Assembly (NCBI GenBank): GCA_012522435.1
Contig: JAAYKK010000006.1
Location: 31,413-95,412 of the forward strand
Origin: Clostridiaceae bacterium
GTDB lineage: Bacteria; Bacillota; Clostridia; Saccharofermentanales; DTU023
Length of the DNA: 64,000 nucleotides
Direction: 5' to 3'
Each line of letters starts with the position of its first letter. Position 1 is the stretch's first letter. The notes under the pieces are model-generated. The model did no database searches, was not told the origin of the DNA, and saw only the letters and a program-made list of their open reading frames with translations. Positions 9,959 to 18,322 of the stretch are shown here, in pieces. A program made the translations under genes and the position numbers.

Positions 9959-12501
9959 TCTTGCCAGAATACTTTTATCTCAGACAGTAGATCACGGTAA
10001 TTATCAAAACTATTAACCCGCCAATCAACAGGAAAAATTGATTGCCATTCAGGATTTGTATAGCGATCATCTATTAAAACAGCAAAGCCGATATCATTTT
10101 TACTCCTGATTAACCTACCCACAGCTTGTTGAACACGGTTAAATCCGGGATATTGATAGCCGTAAGCACGGCCACCTTCATATTTTTCAGCATAATATTG
10201 AGTCATGATTTCACGTTCCGGTGAGATCTGTGGTATTCCGGTACCTATTACAATAACTCCGGAAAGCTTTTCTCCCTGTAAATCTATCCCTTCATTAAAG
10301 TGACTACCCAACACAGCAAATGCTATTAGACTGTTATCACCAAATGTATCAAACTTTTTAAGAAATGATTTTTTTTGTAATTCAGTCATATTTCTGCTTT
10401 GAAATAATAATTCAACCTGTTCAGGTATTGAAATTTTCTTTAACAGATTTTGTATTGTAAACAAATATTGATAAGAAGGAACAAAGATCAAGTAATTTCC
10501 TTTATGGATCAGACATGCTTGTAAAATAAATTCTGTTATTTGGGGCATTGTCTGTTCACGATCCTTATAGCGTACTGAATACTCAGTTAAAGCTCCTATC
10601 ATGCGATTCTCAGTTGGGAATGGCGAGGCGAGTGACATAGTTTCAGCAGGTTGATCATTTATTTTATTGTTTAACAGACTGTGATAATAATTAATTGGTG
10701 ATAATGTTGCAGAAAAGAAAATAGTTGGATGTTTATTACTATAGCAATTAGTGATATGCTTTGCTGTATCAAGCGCTAGCAAATAGCAATTGAGATAACC
10801 TTCTCTATTTGGTCGAAATGCAGTGATATATGCATCATTAAAATAAAAGTCAGCTACTTTTGTAAAGTAGAGCAAATCAAACCAAAAATCGAGTACTTGT
10901 TGTCTGCTTTCAAACATTCTCTGTTGGTCAAGAAATTCTCTTAATTGATAGATCATTCTACCGATTTTTGTAACCAAGAGATCAGGTAATTGTTTTACTC
11001 CAATGAAATCGTGGTCGATCAGCCACTTAGAATTCAATTTTTCAACGAAAAAACTGTTTTGAGCGGGTTTTTTACCTGCTTTAAAAATTCGCGAAAAACT
11101 GTCAAATTCGTTAATCATTACTTCAAACAAATCAATCAAGGTACCATATTGACTTGCAAAGTTAAGATTTGGCTGTCGGAGCAGATTTCTGATTTTAATA
11201 AAATCCATAGCGCACAGTGCTGCAGAATACATGGTTCTTGCTCTGGCAGGTAGATTGTGGGCTTCGTCAACTAAAATAGCCGTTTTATCATTTTGATTAG
11301 CATTATCAAAATATCTAATCAATTTTGCTTGTGGATCAAAAATATGATTATAATCCCCGATAATCACATCACAATATTCAGAGAAATCCAAAGACAACTC
11401 ATGTGGACAGACTTGATGTTTGAGTGCAAATTCGGTAATTTGCTTTGGCCTTATATCGTGCAAAGATAACAAATCATTAATTGCATCAGGCAATCTGTAA
11501 TAATAATCAACTGCATAAGGACAAATAGTTTGATCACAAAATAAGTCCGGCTGTACGCAGATTCGTTCTTTGGCTTTTAAAAGAATACTGCGAATCATGC
11601 AACCGCAGTTTCTGAGAATGTCTAAACTTTGCAAAGCAACATCTCTGGTTGAAATCATTGCCGTTGCATAGAAAACTCTGTTCACATATTGAACACTTAA
11701 GGCTTTTAGAGCAGGGTAGAGTGTGCCCATTGTTTTTCCAATGCCGGTTGGAGCTTGGATCAAAATTGTTGAATTATCTCGAATTGTAGCTAAGGTCTGA
11801 CGAATCATCTCTGCCTGACCTGCACGTAGTTCAACAAAAGGAAATGCTGAGTTTTGAATTGAACTGTTACGTAAATCTTGCCAAAGAAAAATATTTCGCA
11901 TACGAGAAATAAATTCCCGGCAAGTAGATTCCATGAATGTGCTTAATTCGGACCATGTTAGATGTTTGACCTTTTCAACTACTTCTTGATGATCGACTGC
12001 AATATAGATTAATTTTAAGGTTATCGAATCAGCTTGTAGTGATTTCTCTATTGCATTAATCAATTCAGATTTATTCTTTTTGATTAATTTAGGATAATAG
12101 TCCGGATTGATATCTTTAAGTAAATTTGCATATATCTTTAGTTGTGCCCAATGTACAGGATCACCCGATTCCGGTAAGAATTGACTATTACCTTGAAAAC
12201 TCTTAACTTCATATAAAATTAATTGATTGTTTTTTATGCTGAGATTATCCAAGCGACCATTAACGATTAAATCTAACTGAGATAAATGATAAACCCCTGT
12301 TAAGCTGAGTTCTGAATAATGATAATCAAAATTTTCAGTATTATCCTTTAAATATTCAGAAAATTTCCGGTGCAACTTTATTCCGTCTAACGAATCAATT
12401 CCGCCATAAACAGGCATAGCTAATCCACCACTACGATGGATCAATTGAGCTAATCTAGTGGCTGAAATGTTTATTTGATTATTTGTGGAATTATTTTGCA
12501 T
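9928..12501 (-). CDS. Fusion of an N-terminal PD-(D/E)XK (RecB/Cas4-like) nuclease domain to an XPD/Rad3/DinG-family Fe-S SF2 helicase
   Basis: Nuclease-like motifs: GIKLHRKF, GRLDNL..LILYEVKS, WAQLKIY. Helicase motifs: APTGIGKT, DEAHNL, FFSATLSP, NEGIDL, QAVGRLIRS. Four Cys (CVQPDLFCDQTICPY ... VCPHE) lie between motifs I and II. The ATG at 12501 is preferred. Confidence 0.8.
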   Translation of the reverse strand: MQNNSTNNQINISATRLAQLIHRSGGLAMPVYGGIDSLDGIKLHRKFSEYLKDNTENFDYHYSELSLTGVYHLSQLDLIVNGRLDNLSIKNNQLILYEVKSFQGNSQFLPESGDPVHWAQLKIYANLLKDINPDYYPKLIKKNKSELINAIEKSLQADSITLKLIYIAVDHQEVVEKVKHLTWSELSTFMESTCREFISRMRNIFLWQDLRNSSIQNSAFPFVELRAGQAEMIRQTLATIRDNSTILIQAPTGIGKTMGTLYPALKALSVQYVNRVFYATAMISTRDVALQSLDILRNCGCMIRSILLKAKERICVQPDLFCDQTICPYAVDYYYRLPDAINDLLSLHDIRPKQITEFALKHQVCPHELSLDFSEYCDVIIGDYNHIFDPQAKLIRYFDNANQNDKTAILVDEAHNLPARARTMYSAALCAMDFIKIRNLLRQPNLNFASQYGTLIDLFEVMINEFDSFSRIFKAGKKPAQNSFFVEKLNSKWLIDHDFIGVKQLPDLLVTKIGRMIYQLREFLDQQRMFESRQQVLDFWFDLLYFTKVADFYFNDAYITAFRPNREGYLNCYLLALDTAKHITNCYSNKHPTIFFSATLSPINYYHSLLNNKINDQPAETMSLASPFPTENRMIGALTEYSVRYKDREQTMPQITEFILQACLIHKGNYLIFVPSYQYLFTIQNLLKKISIPEQVELLFQSRNMTELQKKSFLKKFDTFGDNSLIAFAVLGSHFNEGIDLQGEKLSGVIVIGTGIPQISPEREIMTQYYAEKYEGGRAYGYQYPGFNRVQQAVGRLIRSKNDIGFAVLIDDRYTNPEWQSIFPVDWRVNSFDNYRDLLSEIKVFWQDHDLSSLPLD

Positions 12502-12536
12502 GTTTAAACATTTTAACAGAAATAAGGGGTAGATAG

Positions 12537-12572
12537 AATAAAAAGGTCTTACTACATATAGCAAGACCTTTT
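12537..12572 (-). terminator. Rho-independent terminator downstream of tRNA-Leu(CAG)
   Basis: On the minus strand: AAAAGGTCTT - 12 nt loop - AAGACCTTTT, followed by TATT. Confidence 0.7.
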
Positions 12573-12575
12573 AGA

Positions 12576-12662
12576 TGGTGCGGAAAACAGGACTTGAACC
12601 TGCACGATCTTGCGATCACTAGCACCTGAAGCTAGCGCGTCTGCCAATTCCGCCACTTCCGC
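12576..12662 (-). tRNA. tRNA-Leu (anticodon CAG), type II with long variable arm, CCA encoded
   Basis: Manual cloverleaf. Acceptor GCGGAAG/TTTCCGC, anticodon stem CTAGC/GCTAG with loop TTCAGGT, T-loop TTCAAGT. Length 87 nt. Confidence 0.9.
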
Positions 12663-12680
12663 ATGGATTAAGCAAAATTA

Positions 12681-12709
12681 ATGATAATCAAATTATCATA
12701 ATAATGCAA
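12681..12709 (-). promoter_or_regulatory. Sigma-A-type promoter for tRNA-Leu(CAG)
   Basis: Minus strand TTGCAT - 17 nt - TATCAT, ending 18 nt upstream of the mature tRNA 5' end. Confidence 0.55.
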
Positions 12710-12879
12710 GTTCATTATTTGAAATGTAACTCGGATAAAATGAAAAATCCATTAATGAACTTTAATCACAGCAAAAAATTCTATTGTAATCTATAAGACT
12801 CTATAGATAAAACAAACAATTTAGATTAATTAACAAGAAAAATGGGATAAATGAACATAGATTATTTTATTTATTTACT

Positions 12880-12917
12880 ATAGAATACATATTCAATAAT
12901 AAGAATATTTATACATT
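12880..12917 (+). promoter_or_regulatory. Candidate tandem ARG boxes (ArgR/AhrC operator) upstream of argC
   Basis: ATAGAATACATATTCAAT (12880-12897) and TAAGAATATTTATACATT (12900-12917) match TNTGAATWWWWATTCANW at 15/18 and 16/18. They are separated by 2 bp and end about 60 nt upstream of argC. Confidence 0.55.
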
Positions 12918-12978
12918 GATGGAAAAATCAAGTAACTGACAAGTTGGAAATAAGAATAGAAAGAAAATCTCTTTTATT

Positions 12979-13929
12979 ATGAAAAAAGTATTTATTGATG
13001 GTAAAGCCGGTACAACCGGTTTAAGAATATACGATAGAATAAAAGATTATCAAGATATTGAATTGATAACTTTAAGTGAAACTGCCAGGAAAGATTTGGC
13101 AGCCAGAAGACAAGCCTTAAATAGTGCAGATATTGTCTTCTTATGCTTACCTGATCAAGCAGCTAAAGAGGCAGTCAGTTTGATTGAAAATCCGGCAACA
13201 ATTGTAATAGACACGTCAACCGCTCATCGAACGGATCCAAATTGGACTTATGGCTTTCCTGAATTATCTGATAAAAATAGAGAACAAATTATAAGATCTA
13301 AAAGAATTAGTGTTCCGGGCTGTCATGCTTCTGGTTTTATTGCTTTAATTCATCCTTTAATTAACGCAGAAATAATACCTCAGTCCATATATTTAAATTT
13401 TACCTCTTTAACCGGTTATAGTGGTGGCGGTAAAGTGATGATTGGAGAATATAATGATCCAAAACGGGCAGCTGCCTTAAAATCACCAAGACAATATGCA
13501 TTAAAACAAAACCACAAACATTTAATAGAAGTTAAGACCGTTACGGGTATGGATCATTTACCTCATTTTAGTCCGATAGTTGCCGATTATTATAGCGGGA
13601 TTCAGTTGACGATACCTTTATTAGCTCAACAATTAGTACCCGGAAAATCGATTCAAGATATCATAGATCTCTATCAACACAAGTATCGTGGTCCTGTGGT
13701 AAGTTACCAAGAGAACCTTGATGATAATGGCTTTATTGCTGCCAATAAACTCGAAGGTTCTGACAGTATGATAATCACAGTTGAGGGCAATCGAGATAGA
13801 ATTCTATTGCTCAGTATCTATGACAATCTTGGCAAAGGTGCTTCCGGAGCAGCATTACAGTGTTTGAATATTATTCTTAATAAACCGGAAACATATAAAC
13901 TGGAAATATATGATAAGGAAGAGAAATGA
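12979..13929 (+). CDS. argC: N-acetyl-gamma-glutamyl-phosphate reductase (short form)
   Basis: GKAGTTGLRI Rossmann N-terminus and active-site SVPGCHASG. First gene of the arg cluster. Confidence 0.9.
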   Translation: MKKVFIDGKAGTTGLRIYDRIKDYQDIELITLSETARKDLAARRQALNSADIVFLCLPDQAAKEAVSLIENPATIVIDTSTAHRTDPNWTYGFPELSDKNREQIIRSKRISVPGCHASGFIALIHPLINAEIIPQSIYLNFTSLTGYSGGGKVMIGEYNDPKRAAALKSPRQYALKQNHKHLIEVKTVTGMDHLPHFSPIVADYYSGIQLTIPLLAQQLVPGKSIQDIIDLYQHKYRGPVVSYQENLDDNGFIAANKLEGSDSMIITVEGNRDRILLLSIYDNLGKGASGAALQCLNIILNKPETYKLEIYDKEEK

Positions 13930-15137
13930 AGAGAATTAAACATGGTGTTTGTGCTGCTCAAGGTTTTAAAGCTGCCGCTATCCACGCCGGCATCAGACAA
14001 AATCATCATAAGCTTGATCTGGCATTGATTGCAAGTGAAGTAGAAGCAAAAGCTGCTGCTGTATATACAAAAAATCAGGTCAAAGCAGCTCCAATTTATT
14101 TAACTAAAAAACATCTGGCTGACGGAAAAGCTAAAGCTATTATTTGTAATAGTGGCAATGCTAATGCTTGCACCTTCGATGGTATGGAAATTGCTAATCA
14201 AACATCTAAGTTGTTAGCAAAGGAACTAGGGATTAATCCCCAGGATGTAATTGTAGCCTCAACAGGTGTAATTGGACAACGTTTAGCAATTAAACCATTT
14301 CAAGATAAAATGACTGATTTAGTACTCGGGTTAGGGAATAATTCTGAACAGGCTGCTAAAGCGATTATGACCACTGATCTTAAACTAAAAGAGATTGCAG
14401 TGAGTTTTGAGCTGAACGGTATTGAATGTAATATCGGAGGAATTGCTAAAGGTTCAGGTATGATTCATCCTAATATGGGAACAATGCTTGCTTTTATTAC
14501 AACTGATTGCGAAATTAGTTCGCAAATGTTAGATCAAGCTCTAAAGACAGATGTAGAGAAGTCTTTTAATATGGTTAGTGTAGATGGTGATACCTCGACC
14601 AATGATATGGTTTGTATTTTAGCCAATGGTCTAGCTCACAATAAGCCAATTACTGCTCCGGGGCCGGATTATAAAATATTTTGTGAAGCATTAAATATTA
14701 TAACGACTTATTTAAGTAAATTAATTGCAGCTGATGGTGAAGGAGCAACTAAATTATTGGAGTGTTCTGTCTTTGGTGCAAAAACAAAAACAGCTGCACG
14801 TAAAAGTGCAAAAAGTGTGATCAGTTCATCATTAGTCAAAGCTGCTTTTTTTGGAGCAGATGCGAATTGGGGTAGGATATTGTCAGCTTTAGGTAATAGT
14901 GGTGCAGACATTGATTTATCTAATATCAAAATTTCTTTAAAGTCAAAACAAGGTCAAATTGTTGTTTGCGAGAATGGGATTGCTATTGAATTTTCGGAAG
15001 ACAAAGCTAAAGAAATTTTATTAGAGGACGAAATTCAAATTGAGATCATCTTAAATCAGGCGCAATTCAATGCTACTGCTTGGGGATGTGATTTGACTTA
15101 CGATTACGTGAAGATTAACGGAGATTATCGTACTTAA
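13926..15137 (+). CDS. argJ: Bifunctional ornithine acetyltransferase / N-acetylglutamate synthase
   Basis: GFKAAA, autoprocessing region MLAFITTD, and DGDTSTND. ATGA overlap with argC. Confidence 0.92.
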   Translation: MKRIKHGVCAAQGFKAAAIHAGIRQNHHKLDLALIASEVEAKAAAVYTKNQVKAAPIYLTKKHLADGKAKAIICNSGNANACTFDGMEIANQTSKLLAKELGINPQDVIVASTGVIGQRLAIKPFQDKMTDLVLGLGNNSEQAAKAIMTTDLKLKEIAVSFELNGIECNIGGIAKGSGMIHPNMGTMLAFITTDCEISSQMLDQALKTDVEKSFNMVSVDGDTSTNDMVCILANGLAHNKPITAPGPDYKIFCEALNIITTYLSKLIAADGEGATKLLECSVFGAKTKTAARKSAKSVISSSLVKAAFFGADANWGRILSALGNSGADIDLSNIKISLKSKQGQIVVCENGIAIEFSEDKAKEILLEDEIQIEIILNQAQFNATAWGCDLTYDYVKINGDYRT

Positions 15138-15166
15138 TTTGAAAAACAAGTAAAGGAAATAATGAG

Positions 15167-16024
15167 ATGGAATATTCAAATGCTGAAAGAGCAAGTATCT
15201 TGGTTCAAGCTTTACCTTATATTCAGAATTACAATGGAAAAATAATTGTGGTTAAATATGGTGGTAATGCAATGGTAGAGAATCAATTGATTGATTCGAC
15301 AATGAGAGACATCGTTCTGTTAACTTTAATAGGTGTAAAAGTTGTCTTAGTTCATGGCGGTGGGATTGAAATCAATCAAACTCTTAAGGCAATTGGTAAA
15401 AAGAGTGAATTCATCAATGGACTAAGAGTAACTGATCAAGAAACTATCAGAGTAGTCCAGATGGTTTTAGCGGGTAAAGTAAATAAAGATCTAGTCAATT
15501 TGATTCAGAGTAAAGGCGGCAAAGCTATCGGTCTTTCCGGAATTGACGGCAGCATGATAGAAGCAAAAATTAAAAATCAGGATTTAGGTTACGTAGGCGA
15601 AATTGAAAAAGTTAATGTTAATCCCATTTTAGATATGATCGATAAAGGATACATCCCTGTGGTTTCTACTATTGGTAGAGATCAAGAAGGTAATATTTAT
15701 AACATTAATGCCGATACTGCAGCTGCAAAAATTGCGGGAGAATTAGGTGCTGAAAGTCTGATTACTATGACTGATATAGCAGGAATTTTATATGATCAAA
15801 ATGATCCTGAAACTTTATTATCGGTTGTTAAACTAAGTCAGATCGATCAGCTGATTGCTGATCAAGTAATAACCGGAGGCATGATTCCGAAAGTGGAATG
15901 TTCCACCAATGCCTTAAAATGGGGTGTCAAAAGAGTGTTTATTATTGACGGTCGAATTCCACATTCTTTATTGATTGAAACTTTGACCGATGCCGGTATA
16001 GGCACAATGTTCATTAAAGATTAA
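15167..16024 (+). CDS. argB: Acetylglutamate kinase
   Basis: VVKYGGNAM, LVHGGG and NINADTAA motifs. Confidence 0.92.
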   Translation: MEYSNAERASILVQALPYIQNYNGKIIVVKYGGNAMVENQLIDSTMRDIVLLTLIGVKVVLVHGGGIEINQTLKAIGKKSEFINGLRVTDQETIRVVQMVLAGKVNKDLVNLIQSKGGKAIGLSGIDGSMIEAKIKNQDLGYVGEIEKVNVNPILDMIDKGYIPVVSTIGRDQEGNIYNINADTAAAKIAGELGAESLITMTDIAGILYDQNDPETLLSVVKLSQIDQLIADQVITGGMIPKVECSTNALKWGVKRVFIIDGRIPHSLLIETLTDAGIGTMFIKD

Positions 16025-16033
16025 GGAGTATCT

Positions 16034-17197
16034 ATGATTATTAAACAATTAGATGATCAATATATTGCTAATACCTATAATAGATTTCCGGTTACAATCA
16101 CCAAAGGTAAAGGTTCTATAGTTTGGGATGAACAGGGAAAAGAATATATTGATCTGTCCGGGGGAATAGCGGTGAACACGTTCGGCTTTGCCGATCAAGA
16201 TTGGCTAGAGGCGATAAATAATCAATTAAATCAAGTTCAGCATACTTCAAATCTGTATTATACTGAGCCGGCTACAAAGCTTGCTGAATTGCTTTGTCAA
16301 AGAACCGGATTGAAAAAGGTTTTTTTCTCAAATTCAGGTGGGGAGGCAAATGAATGTGCGATTAAAGTTGCACGAAAATATGCTGCTGATAAAAAAGGTT
16401 CAGATTACTTTACTATAATAACCTTAGTAAATAGTTTTCATGGGAGAACAATCACCACACTTGCAGCTACCGGACAAGCTTCTTTCCATCAAGATTTTAC
16501 TCCTTTGACCGAGGGTTTTGTTTATGCAAAAGCTAATGATTTTTCTGAAATAGAAAAGCTTGCTTCTCAGCACAAATGCGCTGCTATTATGTTAGAAGTT
16601 GTGCAGGGTGAAGGAGGGGTTAATGTGCTTGAACAAGGCTATCTCAAACAAGTAGCCGAATTTTGTCAAAAACATGATTTATTATTGATAATTGATGAAG
16701 TGCAAACCGGTAATGGACGTACAGGTGAATTATTTGGCTATATGAATTTTGATCTTAAGCCGGATATAGTGAGTACTGCAAAAGGTTTGGGCGGAGGTTT
16801 GCCTATAGGCGCAACTTTATTAGGTGAAAAAGTAAAATCTACCTTAACTCCCGGAACTCATGGTTCTACATTTGGTGGGAATCCTGTCTGCTGTGCCGGT
16901 GCTCTCAGTGTCATTCAAAGAATTGATGCCGAATTATTAACTGAAGTAAAACAAAAATCCGAGTTGATTCGTAGTTCTTTAATAGGTAGTAGTGGTATTA
17001 AAGATGTATCAGGACTTGGCTTAATGCTCGGTATCGAAACTGAAAGAAAAAATCTGGAAGTCATAGAAGAATGTATTGAACAAGGTGTACTGGTTATTTC
17101 TGCCAAAGATAAAGTTCGTTTATTACCTGCGCTCAATATATCTCAGGCAACGCTGATCAAGGCTATAAATGTTATAAAAGAAATTTGCGCAGTTTAA
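16034..17197 (+). CDS. argD: Acetylornithine aminotransferase (class III PLP)
   Basis: SGGEANE, DEVQTG.GRTG, and the PLP lysine context TAKGLGGG. Confidence 0.9.
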   Translation: MIIKQLDDQYIANTYNRFPVTITKGKGSIVWDEQGKEYIDLSGGIAVNTFGFADQDWLEAINNQLNQVQHTSNLYYTEPATKLAELLCQRTGLKKVFFSNSGGEANECAIKVARKYAADKKGSDYFTIITLVNSFHGRTITTLAATGQASFHQDFTPLTEGFVYAKANDFSEIEKLASQHKCAAIMLEVVQGEGGVNVLEQGYLKQVAEFCQKHDLLLIIDEVQTGNGRTGELFGYMNFDLKPDIVSTAKGLGGGLPIGATLLGEKVKSTLTPGTHGSTFGGNPVCCAGALSVIQRIDAELLTEVKQKSELIRSSLIGSSGIKDVSGLGLMLGIETERKNLEVIEECIEQGVLVISAKDKVRLLPALNISQATLIKAINVIKEICAV

Positions 17198-17220
17198 ATT
17201 ATATGAATGGTTGTACTAAT

Positions 17221-18213
17221 ATGAATTTGAAAAATAAAGACTTTCTAAAAATAATAGATTATTCATCTCAAGAAATTAATTATTTAATTGATCTAGCTAT
17301 TGAATATAAAAACAAAAAAAATAAAAGAATACCGCATCGTGAATTCGAAGAGTACAATGTTGCTTTGATTTTTGAAAAATCCAGTACTAGAACCAGATGT
17401 AGTTTTGAAGTTGCAGCCCACGATTTAGGAATGGGTTCAACTTATATAGATTCCCATAATTCGCATTTGGGTTTAAAAGAGAGCATTGAAGATACTGCGA
17501 AAGTTCTTGCCGGAATTTATGATGGAATTTGTTATCGCGGTTTCGGTCAAGAAATCATTGAAGAAATAGCAAAACATGCAACAGTTCCTGTTTGGAACGG
17601 CTTGACCGATCAAGCCCATCCAACTCAAATATTAGCAGATCTGATGACTATGAAAGAGAAATTTGGCCGTTTGCAAGGTCTGAAAATTGTCTATCTGGGA
17701 GATGCAAGATTTAATATAGGAAATTCACTCTTAGTGGGAGCTGCCAAAATGGGTATGGATTTTACTGTTGCAGCACCCAAGGATTTTTTCCAAAAGCAAC
17801 AATTGATCAAAAAATGTAAAAAAATAGCTGAACAAACCGGAGCAAAAATAAGTTTTGAAGAAAACGTCAAAAAAGCGGTTATTGATGCTGATGTTCTTTA
17901 TACTGATGTCTGGGTTTCTATGGGTGAACCGGAGGAATTATGGACTCCAAGAATTGAACAACTAGCACATTGTCAGGTAAATCAAGAGTTAATTAATTTA
18001 GCTGATCCGGATGCAATCTTTATGCATTGTTTGCCCGCATTCCATGATTTAAAAACTGCAACTGCAAGAGAAATTAATTTAAAAATAGGTATCCAAGAAA
18101 TGGAAGTAACGGATCAAGTTTTCCGAAGCAAACAGTCTTTAGTTTTTAAACAAGCTGAGAATCGAATGCACACCATTAAAGCAATTATGGCTGCTACAAT
18201 AAACAAATACTAA
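17221..18213 (+). CDS. argF: Ornithine carbamoyltransferase
   Basis: STRTRCSFE, HPTQ and HCLPA motifs. The ATG at 17221 is preferred over 17185, which overlaps argD. Confidence 0.92.
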   Translation: MNLKNKDFLKIIDYSSQEINYLIDLAIEYKNKKNKRIPHREFEEYNVALIFEKSSTRTRCSFEVAAHDLGMGSTYIDSHNSHLGLKESIEDTAKVLAGIYDGICYRGFGQEIIEEIAKHATVPVWNGLTDQAHPTQILADLMTMKEKFGRLQGLKIVYLGDARFNIGNSLLVGAAKMGMDFTVAAPKDFFQKQQLIKKCKKIAEQTGAKISFEENVKKAVIDADVLYTDVWVSMGEPEELWTPRIEQLAHCQVNQELINLADPDAIFMHCLPAFHDLKTATAREINLKIGIQEMEVTDQVFRSKQSLVFKQAENRMHTIKAIMAATINKY

Positions 18214-18322
18214 TTATTATATAAATCCATTTGATTATCTTACAGATAGTAATATGCTTATAGTACAAAGTACTTTTAAGAATATTGTTGATAGTAACTA
18301 ATGAAGAGGTAATCGAGTAGAT

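Noticed and set aside
12502-12564. N-terminal 21-codon extension of the helicase ORF (TTG at 12564)
   Set aside because: The extension runs through the tRNA-Leu terminator hairpin. The ATG at 12501 is the plausible start.
9928-12662. Helicase as cargo of a tRNA-Leu-integrated genomic island
   Set aside because: There is no integrase or other mobile gene. I found no copy of the tRNA 3' segment (TGGTGCGGAAAACAGGACTTGAACC) near the distal end around 9900-9990. The block holds a single gene.
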